Assembly: GCA_010909165.1 (NCBI GenBank)
Contig: MU008165.1
Span: 1,798,001 to 1,862,000, forward strand
Direction: 5' to 3'
Length of the DNA stretch: 64,000 nt
DNA from: Anthoceros angustus
Lineage: Eukaryota; Plantae; Anthocerotophyta
The position numbers and the translations under genes were made by a program. Numbering within the stretch: position 1 is the first letter of the stretch; each line of letters opens with the position of its first letter. The notes beneath the pieces were generated by a model that ran no database searches, had not been told where the DNA came from, and worked only from the letters and a program-made list of their open reading frames with translations. Positions 12,738 to 24,339 of this stretch are shown here, piece by piece.

Positions 12738-15700
12738 ATGGATGCCTCGCGAGGTGGTGCCTCGGGTCCGCCGATGGACGAAAAATCGAAGGAGTTGCTG
12801 AAGGTACGGGAAGAGTTGGAGAACCTGAGGCAGCTGCAGGTTACCACAGCGCAGAAGAAGGAGAAAGCAGACAGAGCCCTTGCCGAAATGAAAACCCGTT
12901 TGGCAGCTGCTGAAGGAATTGTTGGCACACTGGAAGCCAAGTTGGCTGAAGCTACAGCAGCAACGCAGGCGCTTGTGGCAGAGAGGAACCAGCTGCAGGC
13001 GGAGATTGCTGCTCTGAAGAGTCAGTTGGCACAGGCATTGAAGAACTTGGCGGAGCAAAGGAGCAAGGAGTCTGATGAATTGATCAAATCGAAAGGCCAA
13101 ATTGGCTCATTGGAGGCCAAGGTGCAGGGGCTCTTGGCCGAGAGGGATAAGCTGCTGTCGGATGTTGCAGATGGAAAGTCGCAGTTGGCACAAGCATTGA
13201 AGAACCTGGAGAGCATGGGAGAACAAAGGAACAAAGACGAGTCTGAAGTGAGGAGGTTGACTAATGAATTGGTCAAAGCACAAGAACAGAACGCGGCCCT
13301 TGAGGAGAAGCTTAAGAATTTAGCAGAACAGCTGGAGAAGTCTGCTAGCTCTGCTGCCGAGGAAAGATCCCGCCTCCAGGAAGAGCTTGCTAAGATGAGG
13401 GAACAGCTGGAGAAGTCCGTCAGCTCTGCTACAGAGGAAAGATCCCGCCTCCAGGAAGAGCTTGCTAAGACGAGGGAACAGCTGGAGAAGTCTGTCAGCT
13501 CTGCTGCTGAGGAAAGATCCCGCCTCCAGGAAGAGCTTGCTAAGACGAAGGAACAGCTGGAGAAGTCTGCCAGCTCTGCTGCTGAGGAAAGATCCCGCCT
13601 CCAGGAAGAGTTTGCTAAGACGAAGGAACAGCTGGAGAAGTCTGCTAGCTCTGCTGCCGATGAAAGGTCCCGCCTCCAGGAAGAGCTGGCTAAGACGAAG
13701 GAAGCTTTGGGGCAGGCATCAGAAAAAGCAGATGGCCATGCTGCTACGATCCAGAAACTGCAGGATGAACTGAACAAAGCAAGACAAGATTCAGAAGAAA
13801 GCGCAGCGAGACAGAAACTGGCCGCTGAGCAACTTCAGAAAGATGCTGAAGCCCTTCGACAAAAATCTGAGCAACTCCAGAAGGAGTTAGAAGCTTCTAA
13901 CAGCAAAGTGTCAGCACTGGAAGCTAATGTCGCTGCTTTAGAGAAGGAAAATAGAGACTGCAAAGGGGAGCTGATAAAAAAGGACCAAGAAGCCGAGGCT
14001 GAGCTTGCTAGATTGAGAACGAAGCATGCAGAAGACGAGGCTGCAAATGCTCAGGTTCATTCTTCAACTTCTTGGACCTGTGTACACGAGTTAGCGTATG
14101 TCAGCAAGGCGGGCAGGTGCGCTGCGTGCAACCTCCTTTGAGCGGATTGGTGAACTGATATGAGCAGGTCATTGTGCTGTAGTCGTATAATCAACTGTTG
14201 AAGGAACTCAACGATGCCACGGAAGCAAACAAGCGGCCGTCAGAGGAACTGAGTGATTACCGGAAAACCCTTGAATTGGTGGTTTTCGTCATTGGACCCA
14301 GCTATAGGATGGATGAAATGCTCCCTGCTGAACTTGTGGTGTTTTCAAATAAGTTGGCAGGACGGCAGAGCTGCAGGCGGCTTCAGAAGAGGTGGCCAGT
14401 CTGCAGCAGAAATTAAGAGCACTGGAGGCTGATGCGGAGAGATGGAAAGTCAACGCTTTCGATGCTGCAAGGGCTAAAGAAGAGCTAGCTCGTGCACAAC
14501 GTCAAATTGGGAAGCTGGAAGACACCCTAGCTCAGGGCCATGAAGCATACAAAAGAGTGTGTGCAGGTTGGTACGAAGGTCACTAGCCCACCTGACTGAC
14601 AGCAGTTTTGTATTGAGGGAGCTTTGACATACCTTACTGGTGAATGTCTAGAGAGGAACAACTTGCAAGCCGAGAGAAACAGTCATTGTGTGACTGTCAA
14701 AGCACTTGGCATGGACATAGCTCAAAAAGTGCATAGCCTGCAAATCGCGGAGAGCAGCCTGCAGGTAATTTGCTGACATGCCAGGTTTTTGGTATGGCTC
14801 GGCTGGGCACGGCACGGAGATGTATCTGTCTTGATGGGGTGATTTTCAGAAAGCTTTAGCGGAACTAGGAGCTGCCAACCTGAAGATAAAGAGTCTAGAG
14901 GCCAGCAGCAGCATGGCGAGCGATGCGCGCAGCAATAAGAACTATCTTATGGACTACACCCGCCTTAAAGTAGTCTCGGATGCTGCAAATGCGCAGGTTC
15001 ATTCTTCAACTTCTTGGACCTGTGTACACGAGTTAGCGTATGTCAGCAAGGCAGGTGCGCTGCGTGCAACCTCCTTTGAGCGGATTGGTGAACTGATATG
15101 AGCAGGTCATTGTGCTGTAGTCGTATAATCAACTGTTGAAGGAACTCAACGATGCCACGGAAGCAAACAAGCGGCCGTCAGAGGAACTGAGTGATTACCG
15201 GAAAACCCTTGAATTGGTGGTTTTCGTCATTGGACCCAGCTATAGGATGGATGAAATGCTCCCTGCTGAACTTGTGGTGTTTTCAAATAAGTTGGCAGGA
15301 CGGCAGAGCTGCAGGCGGCTTCAGAAGAAGGTGGCCAGTCTGCAGCAGAAATTAAGAGCACTGGAGGCTGATGCGGAGAGATGGAAAGTCAACGCTTTCG
15401 ATGCTGCAAGGGCTAAAGAAGAGCTAGCTCGTGCACAACGTCAAATTGGGAAGCTGGAAGACACCCTAGCTCAGGGCCATGAAGCATACAAAAGAGTGTG
15501 TGCAGGTTGGTACGAAGGTCACTAGCCCACCTGACTGACAGCAGTTTTGTATTGAGGGAGCTTTGACATACCTTACTGGTGAATGTCTAGAGAGGAACAA
15601 CATCCGAGAGAAACAGTCATTGTGTGACTGTCAAAGCACTTGGCATGGACATAGCTCAAAAAGTGCATAGCCTGCAAATCGCGGAGAGCAGCCTGCAGGT

Positions 15701-16202
15701 AATTTGCTGACATGCCAGGTTTTTGGTATGGCTCGGCACGGCACGGAGATGTATCTGTCTTGATGGGGTGATTTTCAGAAAGCTTTAGCGGAACTAGGAG
15801 CTGCCAACCTGAAGATAAAGAGTCTAGAGGCCAGCAGCAGCATGGCGAGCGATGCGCGCAGCAATAAGAACTATCTTATGGACTACACCCGCCTTAAAGT
15901 AGTCTCGGATGCTGCAAATATCGCGGTGATTCTTCCCTCTAGAAGCTAAGGAAGCTGAGTCTTTTCATCCTTCTTTTGCGCCAACTTGTGGTCTGTGGCA
16001 GGCGTTAAGCAGAAACCCGGAGGGATTTGTTCGCAATCTGGACTCACGCCTTCAAGCGCCCATGCGCATTGCCGATGAGAGTGAGCACAGTGGCCGGACG
16101 GGAGAAGGCTCAGCAGAGTCTTCACGTCGCCTCCTCAAAGAGAAGGCCGAGAAGGAGCACTATGTGTCTGCTTATGGCTTGCTGCGAGGCCCGTTTCCTT
16201 GA
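12738..16202 (+). CDS. Long coiled-coil protein of unknown family with five 25-aa repeats; multi-exon, start uncertain
   Basis: ORF 12693-14141 is E/K/L/A/Q-rich heptad sequence; GT-AG exons continue after AANAQ; the last exons read ALSRNPEGFVRNLDSRLQAPMRIADE and KKAEKEHYVSAYGLLRGPFP, stop at 16200-16202. Confidence 0.75.
13326..13700 (+). repeat. Coding minisatellite, 5 x 75 bp (EQLEKSASSAAEERSRLQEELAKTK)
   Basis: Units start at 13326, 13401, 13476, 13551 and 13626. Confidence 0.97.
14040..15919. repeat. Tandem duplication B: ~0.94 kb multi-exon block inside the coiled-coil gene
   Basis: GCTGCAAAT at 14040, 14982 and 15911 bounds two copies (942 and 929 bp). Confidence 0.95.
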
Positions 16203-16289
16203 GGTTGGCGAGATGAAACGACGGTACATATTCAACTCCCCTGCACGACTCTAACAAACAGAGGTAACAAACAGAGGGAGGGTAGAAGA

Positions 16290-19200
16290 TTATTGATCCC
16301 CGCAAGAACAAAAGCCGTCCTTGAAATGGTGCACACAATGGGCATCTCTAACTACTATTTCACGCCCTTCAGTCCTTGAGATGAACTTGCTGCCGTTGTG
16401 ACAATGCTGGCACATCCTCAGATTCTTAACGACTAACAAGGGTGTGCCTGCTGGTGTATTCAGAAGACCATATGCTATAGCTAGTTTCTCAGCATGCCCG
16501 CACAGAGCCTCCTCCTCTTCAGCCTCATCCATTGGTTCCAATACTGGGCCTGTATGGGCCACATGCCCTTCCCCCTTCATCCGCTCATTCAAACTCCTCA
16601 ACTTGCTGTAAACATCATCTGCTTGTTGGAACTCTTTATCGCCCACAATTAACTCATGCACCGTACCACCTACCTGAATGGACGCCACTGCTGGCTTTTT
16701 GTTGGCACCTGCCCGCTTTTTCATCTTCTTTATGACATCAACGTCCTCCCACCTACCTGCATCTTCATAGATGCTTGACATTAGCACATACGCAGCAGCC
16801 TGTTCAGGTTCCATTTCCACGAGCCGATTAAAACACAACCTTCCACGTTCTACGTTGCCGAACTTCCTGCAGGCGCTTAACAAAGCCCTCCATCCTGCAC
16901 CGAGCCCTGACAAGGGGATGGATCCTAACAGACTTTGAGCTTCATCAAACAGGCCAGCCCTACCAAGCAGATCCACCATCGCCGTGTAATGCTCTACAGT
17001 CTGCGTGATGCCGTGACAATCCCTCATCATCCTGAAATACTTCTGACCCTCCGCCACCAAGCCCAGATGACTGCAGCTCGAGAGCAGCGATGTGAAAGTT
17101 GCAGAGTCGGGCTCCACTCCCTGTGCCTGCATCTTCTTAAATAATCCCAATGCCGTCTTCCAGTCGTGGTGCTGGCCATATCCATTGATCAGGGCAGTCC
17201 ATGCCACAACGTCTTTACATGGCAAACAGTCGAAGACTGTCTGTGCGTCCTCTAGATTCCCACACCTCACATACATGTCTACCAGGGTGCTTGCAACAAA
17301 CACATCTTCTTCCAGCCCCTGCTCGAGAATTTGCGCATGTGTTCGCCTTCCCTCCTGTAAGGCCCCGACGCTGCAACATGCTTTCAGAATGCCTGCGAAG
17401 ATGACACTGTTGTTTGGGATCACACCACTCCGCTGCATCCTCCTGTTGAGTGCAAGGGCCTCCTGACCAAGGCCATGTTGAGCATATCCGGCGATCATAA
17501 CACTCCATGTCCCTGTATCCTTGGCTGGCAATCTTTCAAAGACCTGTCGAGCCTCCTCCAGGCTCCCACAGGTGGTGTACATATCTATGAGGGAATTCCC
17601 GACCAATGTATCAGCTTCAAGTCCTCTTCCAACAATCTGGGAATGAATTCGCTGCCCTTCCTGTATCACTCCAGTACTTGCACATGCCTTGAGAACCGTC
17701 ACAAACGTGGTCTGATCTGGGGTAATGTCATCCAGCTGCATGCTTTTGAAAAGCTGAATGGCATCCCCACCAAGCCCGTGTTGCACGTATGCTGCACAGA
17801 TGATGTTCCATGTTACCACGTCACGTGTCCGCAAGCTGTCAAACACCTTGCGGGCATCGCTGAGACACCCGCATTTTGCGTACATGTCCGTAAGGGCACT
17901 TCCAACAAACATGTCTGATTCTAGCCCCCTTTCCACAATTTGTGTGTGAATCTGCTTGCCTATTTGAATAGCCTTGATGCTGCCACACGCTCTAAGACTG
18001 CTGACAAACGTGACCTTGTCTGGCACGATACCATCATGTTGCATGGTTGTATACAGTTTGAGGGCCTTGTCTCCCAGCCCTTGCTGACCGTATGCTGCGA
18101 TCATAATATTCCATGCTACCACATTTCTTCTGGGCAAACTGTCAAACAATTTGTGAGCATCGTCCAGGTTCCCGCACTTGGCATACATGTCCATCAAGGT
18201 GCTTCCAACGAAGAGATCCACCTGGAGTCCACTTTTTAGGACCTGAGTATGGATCCACTTGCCCTCCTGTATGGCTCCTACACTACCACATGCCTTGAGA
18301 GCACTTACAAGTGTAAGCTTGTCTGGTGTCATGCCCTCTTGCAGCATCCTGCGATAAACATCGAGAGCCTCTTCACCAAGTCCTTGCTGCGCATATCCTG
18401 AGATCATGGTATTCCAAACTGCTATATCTCTGGTAAGGAGTCCATCAAACACTGCTTGAGCATCCATCACGGCTCCACATTTACAATACATGTCAATCAA
18501 AGCACTTCCGACAAACACATCGGCTTCCAGTCTCATTTCCACGATGTCGGAGTGTACCGCCTTACCGTCCAATATGGATCCTAAATTCCCACACACTTTA
18601 AGGACGTGGACAACAGTGGCCTTTTCGGCTGTTATGCCATCTTGCCGCATTTTTACATAAAGCCTGAGGGCTTCTTCCCCGGACCCATGCTGAGCATATC
18701 CTACAATCATGGCACTCCATATCGGACCATCTCTTGTTCGCATGCCATCAAAGACTGTTCTTGCCTCCTCCAGGCACTGACACTTAGCATACATGTCCAC
18801 CAGTGCACTTCTAACAGAGCCATGTGCCACCGCTCCCCTGGTCACAATGTCCCTGTGAGCTTGCCTGCCAACCTGAACATTTCCCGTGCTAGCACACGCT
18901 TTCAAAATGGTGACGAATGTGACATCATCTGGCGTGAAACTTTGCTCTTGCATTTCTTGAAACAGCTTGAAGGCCTCCTGCCAATTCCCATGAAGAGAAT
19001 ACCCAGCAATCATTGCATTCCATGTCACCACATCTCTGGTCTGGAGCTTATCAAACACTGCGCGAGCATCCTCCAGACTTCCACACTTGGAATACATGTC
19101 GACCAATGTGTTACCAACGAACACATTAGACTCGGACCCAATATGCACCACATCACCATGAACTAGCTTGCCTGATGTCAAATCTGACGCACTTGCACAG

Positions 19201-20299
19201 GCTTTGAGGACAGCAACAAGGATGTAATCATCAGGCCGCACAGGTGTTTGTCGCAGTTGCTTATACAATTCTATAGCCCGAATTGCTTTTCCATGATCCA
19301 CATGGGCCGAGATAATTGCACTCCAAGCAAATACATTGGGGGGTTGAAGTTTGTAGAAGACTTCACTCGCTTTCTGCAACTCCCCGTGAGATGCATACAT
19401 GCGAATAATGTGGTTCCCCAGAAATGCGTTTGCCTCATGCCCATTCCTCACAGAGATGGCATGGACACGTCTGCCAGCAGCCTGGTCCTTCTGTGTGATG
19501 CACCATTTGAGGAGCTGGTACAACAAGTCGACAGAGACCACATACCCCTCCCGGTGCATGAGGTCCAAAGCTTGGAAGGCCTCATCAACCTGTCCCTCCT
19601 TATAAAAGCTGCTCCAAGCTCCTGAAGGACCTTCAGCCCTTGCAGCCCTGCATGCCCTCCTAGCAATTCAAAATCAAACATAACATTTTAGAAACAAAGG
19701 TGACAACAGAGCTACAAGTTTAGCCTCTCCATCGCCAAAGGGAGTGCACATAGCCAAAGGGAGTGCACACTGTGAACCTACTTGACGGAATGCAGATGGT
19801 CTCCAGCAGGGCCTCCATCTTCTCGGACAGATGCTGCACCAGCAGAGAATGTGTTCCTCAATCTCCCGGTGGGCACTGACCAAGAGTCCAGCCACAACCC
19901 ATCGTTTGCTGTCCTGTGCACGAAGTCCAGATGCTTGAGCTCTGTCTGTGGTGATCACCCAGGGTCAACTGCTACCTACAGACCAGGCAACACCTTCCAA
20001 AACAGATGGCAGAGCATGGCTACGACCTAAACCAATTCACCTTGCTCGATCTGCTGTTCCAAAACTGCGACGGATCAGCGAGTAATTTGTTCCTAACTGC
20101 GCCCTTCTCCATCAGCTCATCTGCAAGCCAGCTGGAACCGTGAGGTCCCGAAGAATTCACGGCAGGAGCAACAAACGGACGATCATTACCCACCGTTTTT
20201 CGGACGCTTCACGGGCCTCTGCAGACTTGATTGCCGCCTGCACCATGTCTCCGCAGGTAGACAAGGGATGAATTTCCGTTGCATCAAACTGGCCTTCAT
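16290..20299 (-). CDS. PLS-class PPR protein with a DYW:KP-type deaminase domain, ~1239 aa; exons 20299-20194, 20120-20041, 19945-19782, 19659-16290
   Basis: Many P-L-S triplets; KKPAVASI, HAEKLAIAYGLL, CQHCH, HHFKDGFCSCGDQ. Three GT-AG introns (phases 1, 0, 2) give an open frame from MKASLMQRKFIP. Confidence 0.92.
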
Positions 20300-20597
20300 T
20301 CGTTACCAGCGCTCCAAACAATCTGCAGTGTCAACACGCTGCAGATAAGAAGCCGAATCCTTCCTGAAATGTCGATGCTGGAACAAGATGAGATCTGTCA
20401 AGAGTCTACGAGTTCTGCTTGCACCAAGATGCTCAACTCGCCATGCGGGTTCCTTCAAAGCAACTGGTGGCCTCAGTAAGGCTGCTTTTGTTCCGGACAG
20501 CATGTGCGAGTTCCATTCCGACGTTCTTTGAGCCGGAGCTGTTGAGCCAATTGTATCATGCGCGCAACACTGGTTGCTACGCAAATGAGCAGCTCAA
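20300..20597. promoter_or_regulatory. Putative bidirectional promoter / 5'UTR spacer between the two DYW genes
   Basis: 298 bp between the inferred divergent ATGs at 20299 (-) and 20598 (+). Confidence 0.5.
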
Positions 20598-23500
20598 ATG
20601 AGGATAGTTGGGTCCTTCCGGCATATGGTCGGAACCTGTCAAAGGCTGACCAAATCGTGTTCTTTCCCACCCAAGGAAGAAGGGTGCCTAAGCTTCTCGA
20701 GCCTCCGGGATCCTTCGGAGGGCCAGAAATTTGCAAGCACCCTGGGTGAGTGGTCTGTATGCTTTCGGTTGGCTTCCTCAGCTCACGTTGATTTTCTGAT
20801 CTTGGAACTGGGTTGGGCTTTCAGATGATCCAAATGCATTGCGAGGGTGGAGAGGAAATAGCTCGAGCAAGGTATGATTCGTTCTTAGCTAATGGAACAT
20901 GGGTTATATGGCATAGACACCAGACATCTCTTGAACGGGCCTGAGAAATTTTGCAGAGACCCCTGGCAGACCCAACCTTCGTGGAAAGAAGCGAGAGGTT
21001 TTGGTCGGAAGTTGGATGGGTGAAGGACATGGGCCTTCGGCAGCAGAAGCCTTCTAGAGTACCAAATTCCATTCCAGTGCCTCCTGGTGTTCCATCTGGG
21101 GTTGACCCTGTGAGGTGCATTTTCTTCTATAGCTCTTGACAGCTTTCCAGTCATAGTCTTCAGGTGGATTTCGGTGTCTCTGACTAGCCGCCTCCGCACT
21201 TCCTTGTCCTAACTTGCTTGGCACGCAGGGTGGCTGTGTGCAATTCTTTGGACTCTGTTTCATGGAAAAAACTCTGTGAAGATGGCGAGGTGTATAAGGC
21301 TTTTGAGGCTGTGGATCTGATGGCTGAGGAAGGAACTTTCATCACCAGGGAGATGATATACTGCCTTATAAAGGGGTGCATAGCACAGAAGAATTTGCCA
21401 GTCGGACGGCAAGTTCATGATCTTACTGTCAGACGTGGATATGAGACCAACACGTTTCTGGCAAATCACCTCGTACGCATGTACGCTACTTTGGGAAGCC
21501 TACAGGAGGCAGATGACGTGTTTATGAAATTGGCTGCCCCAACTGCATTTGTATGGACTTCGATCATCTCAGCACATGCTGAGCAGGGGCAAGCAGAGCA
21601 TGCTATAAAACTCTATGAACGCATGCGAAAATCTGATATTCGAGCAGATTCGTACCTGTATGTGACTGTCCTTAAAGCTTGTACCATGGCCATAGATCTG
21701 ACATCTGGACAACTAGTGCATGCTGATGTAACTGATAACGGGTTTGAGTCAAACGTTTTTGTTGGGAGTGCTCTCCTGAACATGTATGCAAAATGTGGGA
21801 GCTTGGAGGATGCACGAAGGGTGTTTGACAGAATGTCCTCCAAGAACGTAGTCACCTGGAACACCATCATCACAGGATATGCTACGCAGGGGCTCGGTGA
21901 AGAAGCCCTTAAGCTGTTTGCTGGGATGCGCAAGGACGGAATAACTCCAGACAAAGCTACGTTTTTGAGCTTGTTGAAGGCGTGTACCAGTGCCCGAGCC
22001 ATAAAAGAAGGCAGACAGATCCATGCTCAGATAGTGGAAAGTGGACTTGAGTCTGATGGTTTTGTGGGCAGTGCCTTGATGGACATGTACGTCAAGTGTG
22101 GTAGCCTTGTAGATGCCAGGAAAGTGTTTGACAGATTACCAGCAAGAGATACTGTAACATGGAGTGCCATGATTTCAGGCTATGCTCAGCACGGCCTTGC
22201 TCCTGAGGCTCTTCAACTCCTCATAAGCATGCAGGAGGACGGGACCAGACCTGACAGTGTAACGTTTTTAGGCGTTCTGAAGGCATGTGGCAATACAGGT
22301 GCTCTGCAGGAGGGCAAACGGATCTACGCTCAACTCTTGGATTCGGGACTTGTTGAAGACTTGCTAGTAAAGAACAGCCTGCTGGAAATGTTTGTGAAAT
22401 GTGGGAGCCTGGAGGATGCCCGCAGAGTGTTTGACGCAATTATGATCAAAGATGTTATCACTTGGAACAGCATGATTGCAGGATATGCTCAGCAAGGTGT
22501 TGGCCAGGAAGCCTTAACACTGTTTGGAAGAATGCAGCAGGTAGGGATGGTGCCAAATGTGACTACGTTTGTGAATATTCTGAAGGCATGTGGCAGTGTT
22601 GGGGCGATCCAGGAGGGCAAGCGGGTACATACACAAGTTGTGGAGAAGGGACTGTTAGTAGATCTCATTGTGGCAAACAGCTTGGTCGACATGTATGCAA
22701 AGTGTGGGAGCCTGGAGGAGGCTCAATCAGTGTTTGATGGAATGTCAAAGAGAGACGTGGTGACTTGGACTGCCCTGATCAATGGTTTCGGACAGCACAA
22801 CAGGTGCGACATGGCAATGCAGTGCTTTGACAAGATGCAACGACAGGGAGTTGTCCCTGATGCAGCAACCTTTCTGTGTCTTCTCGTGGCGTGCAGTCAT
22901 GTGGGACTGGTGGACAAGGGGCAGCAGTACTTCAGAATGATGGTAGAGACGTATGGCCTCGTTCCCGGGGTTGAACACTACACCTGCATGGTTGATCTCC
23001 TCGGCAGGTCTGGCCAATTGGACGAGGCGGAACAAATGCTGGAAACAATACCATTTGGACAAAACAGCGTGGGCTGGAGATGTTTGCTCAGCGCCAGCAA
23101 AACATACCACAACATCGAGGTCGGAAGGCGGTGCTTTGACCGTCTTGTGCAAATGGAGCCCCAGCATGCCTCGTGCTATGCTCTCATGACTGACATGTAT
23201 TCTGAGGCAGGGAGGTGGGAGGATGTAGACGACATAGAAAACTTGAGAAAATGGGCTGGTGCAGAGAAGAAGTTTGCCTCAGCTTCGATAGAAGTCAATA
23301 ACCAGGTGCACGAATTCACCGTGGGATCAAACAGGGATGATACAGGGGCGAAGCTAAGGAGCCTGAATCAGCAGCTTACACTGGGCGGCCATGGCCCACA
23401 AATGGACTTATTCCTGGAATCGCTGTCTGAGAAGGAGAAGGAAGATGCTCTTTGTGGACATGCTGAAAAACTGGCTGTAGCTTTCGGTCTTCTCAACACT

Positions 23501-23668
23501 CCTGAAGGCAGCACTCTGCTGGTGACCAAGAACCTCAAAATGTGCAGTCACTGCCACAGTGGCACCAAAATCATCTCTAGCATTGAAAAACGTGAAATCA
23601 TCGTGAGGGATGCTCACCGAGTGCATCATTTCAAGGAAGGGGCATGCTCTTGCGGTGATGATAATTAA
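20598..23668 (+). CDS. PLS-class PPR protein with a DYW:KP-type domain, ~930 aa; exons 20598-20745, 20825-20871, 20957-21114, 21229-23668
   Basis: PLS repeats; KKFASASIEV, HAEKLAVAFGLL, CSHCH, HHFKEGACSCGDDN. Introns of phases 1, 0, 2 keep the frame from MRIVGSFRHM. Confidence 0.92.
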
Positions 23669-24339
23669 GACAGTTACATCATACTTCCTTGGAATGCCAG
23701 GGCTCGGAAATCACCTCTTTTTGTACGTATTTAGATTGCGCTGAAATTGAGCCATTCATATTAATATGGGCTCACAGCAGTGCCTGTTAACTGACTGTTA
23801 CATCGTCTTCGGACCACGAGGGATCCAATATGTGAGTGGAACGTTCTTCGACGCTCAAACTCGTCGTTGTCAGATACTTTATACCGTTGAATTCGAGATG
23901 GCATAACTCATCAAGCGCTTACGCTCTCTAAAAGCAGATGAATGCCGAGAGTATCCTCGACTTCACCTGAAATCACAAAACTTGGTCATCGCCCCAGTGT
24001 GCCTAATCCTCGGGTATCTCAGGACGTGAACTGCTACTTTGTAGCAGATCACATTCAGATCCCCGACGGAAGATACAAAGTGAATGCAAGATTCACCAGG
24101 TTCCCACTCCAGGCAGGTGCTAAAGGGAGCACGTGCCTACAATGGGTTGATTAATATACATACCATGCAGGTTTCCTTGAGCAAGATCCCCGCCCGCAGG
24201 ATGGTTTAGCAAGGCGACCTGACTCAACTCGAGTTCAGTGACCGAGAGCCTTGCACAGCAGTAAGCATCAGAGATCCTCCTGGAGCATCAACAGCTCATT
24301 CCCACAAATCCGCGTCCACATGTTTTGTGGAGCTAGTTC

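Noticed and set aside
13022-13777. 251 aa Ser-rich repeat ORF on the - strand
   Set aside because: Reverse frame of the 75 bp coding repeat.
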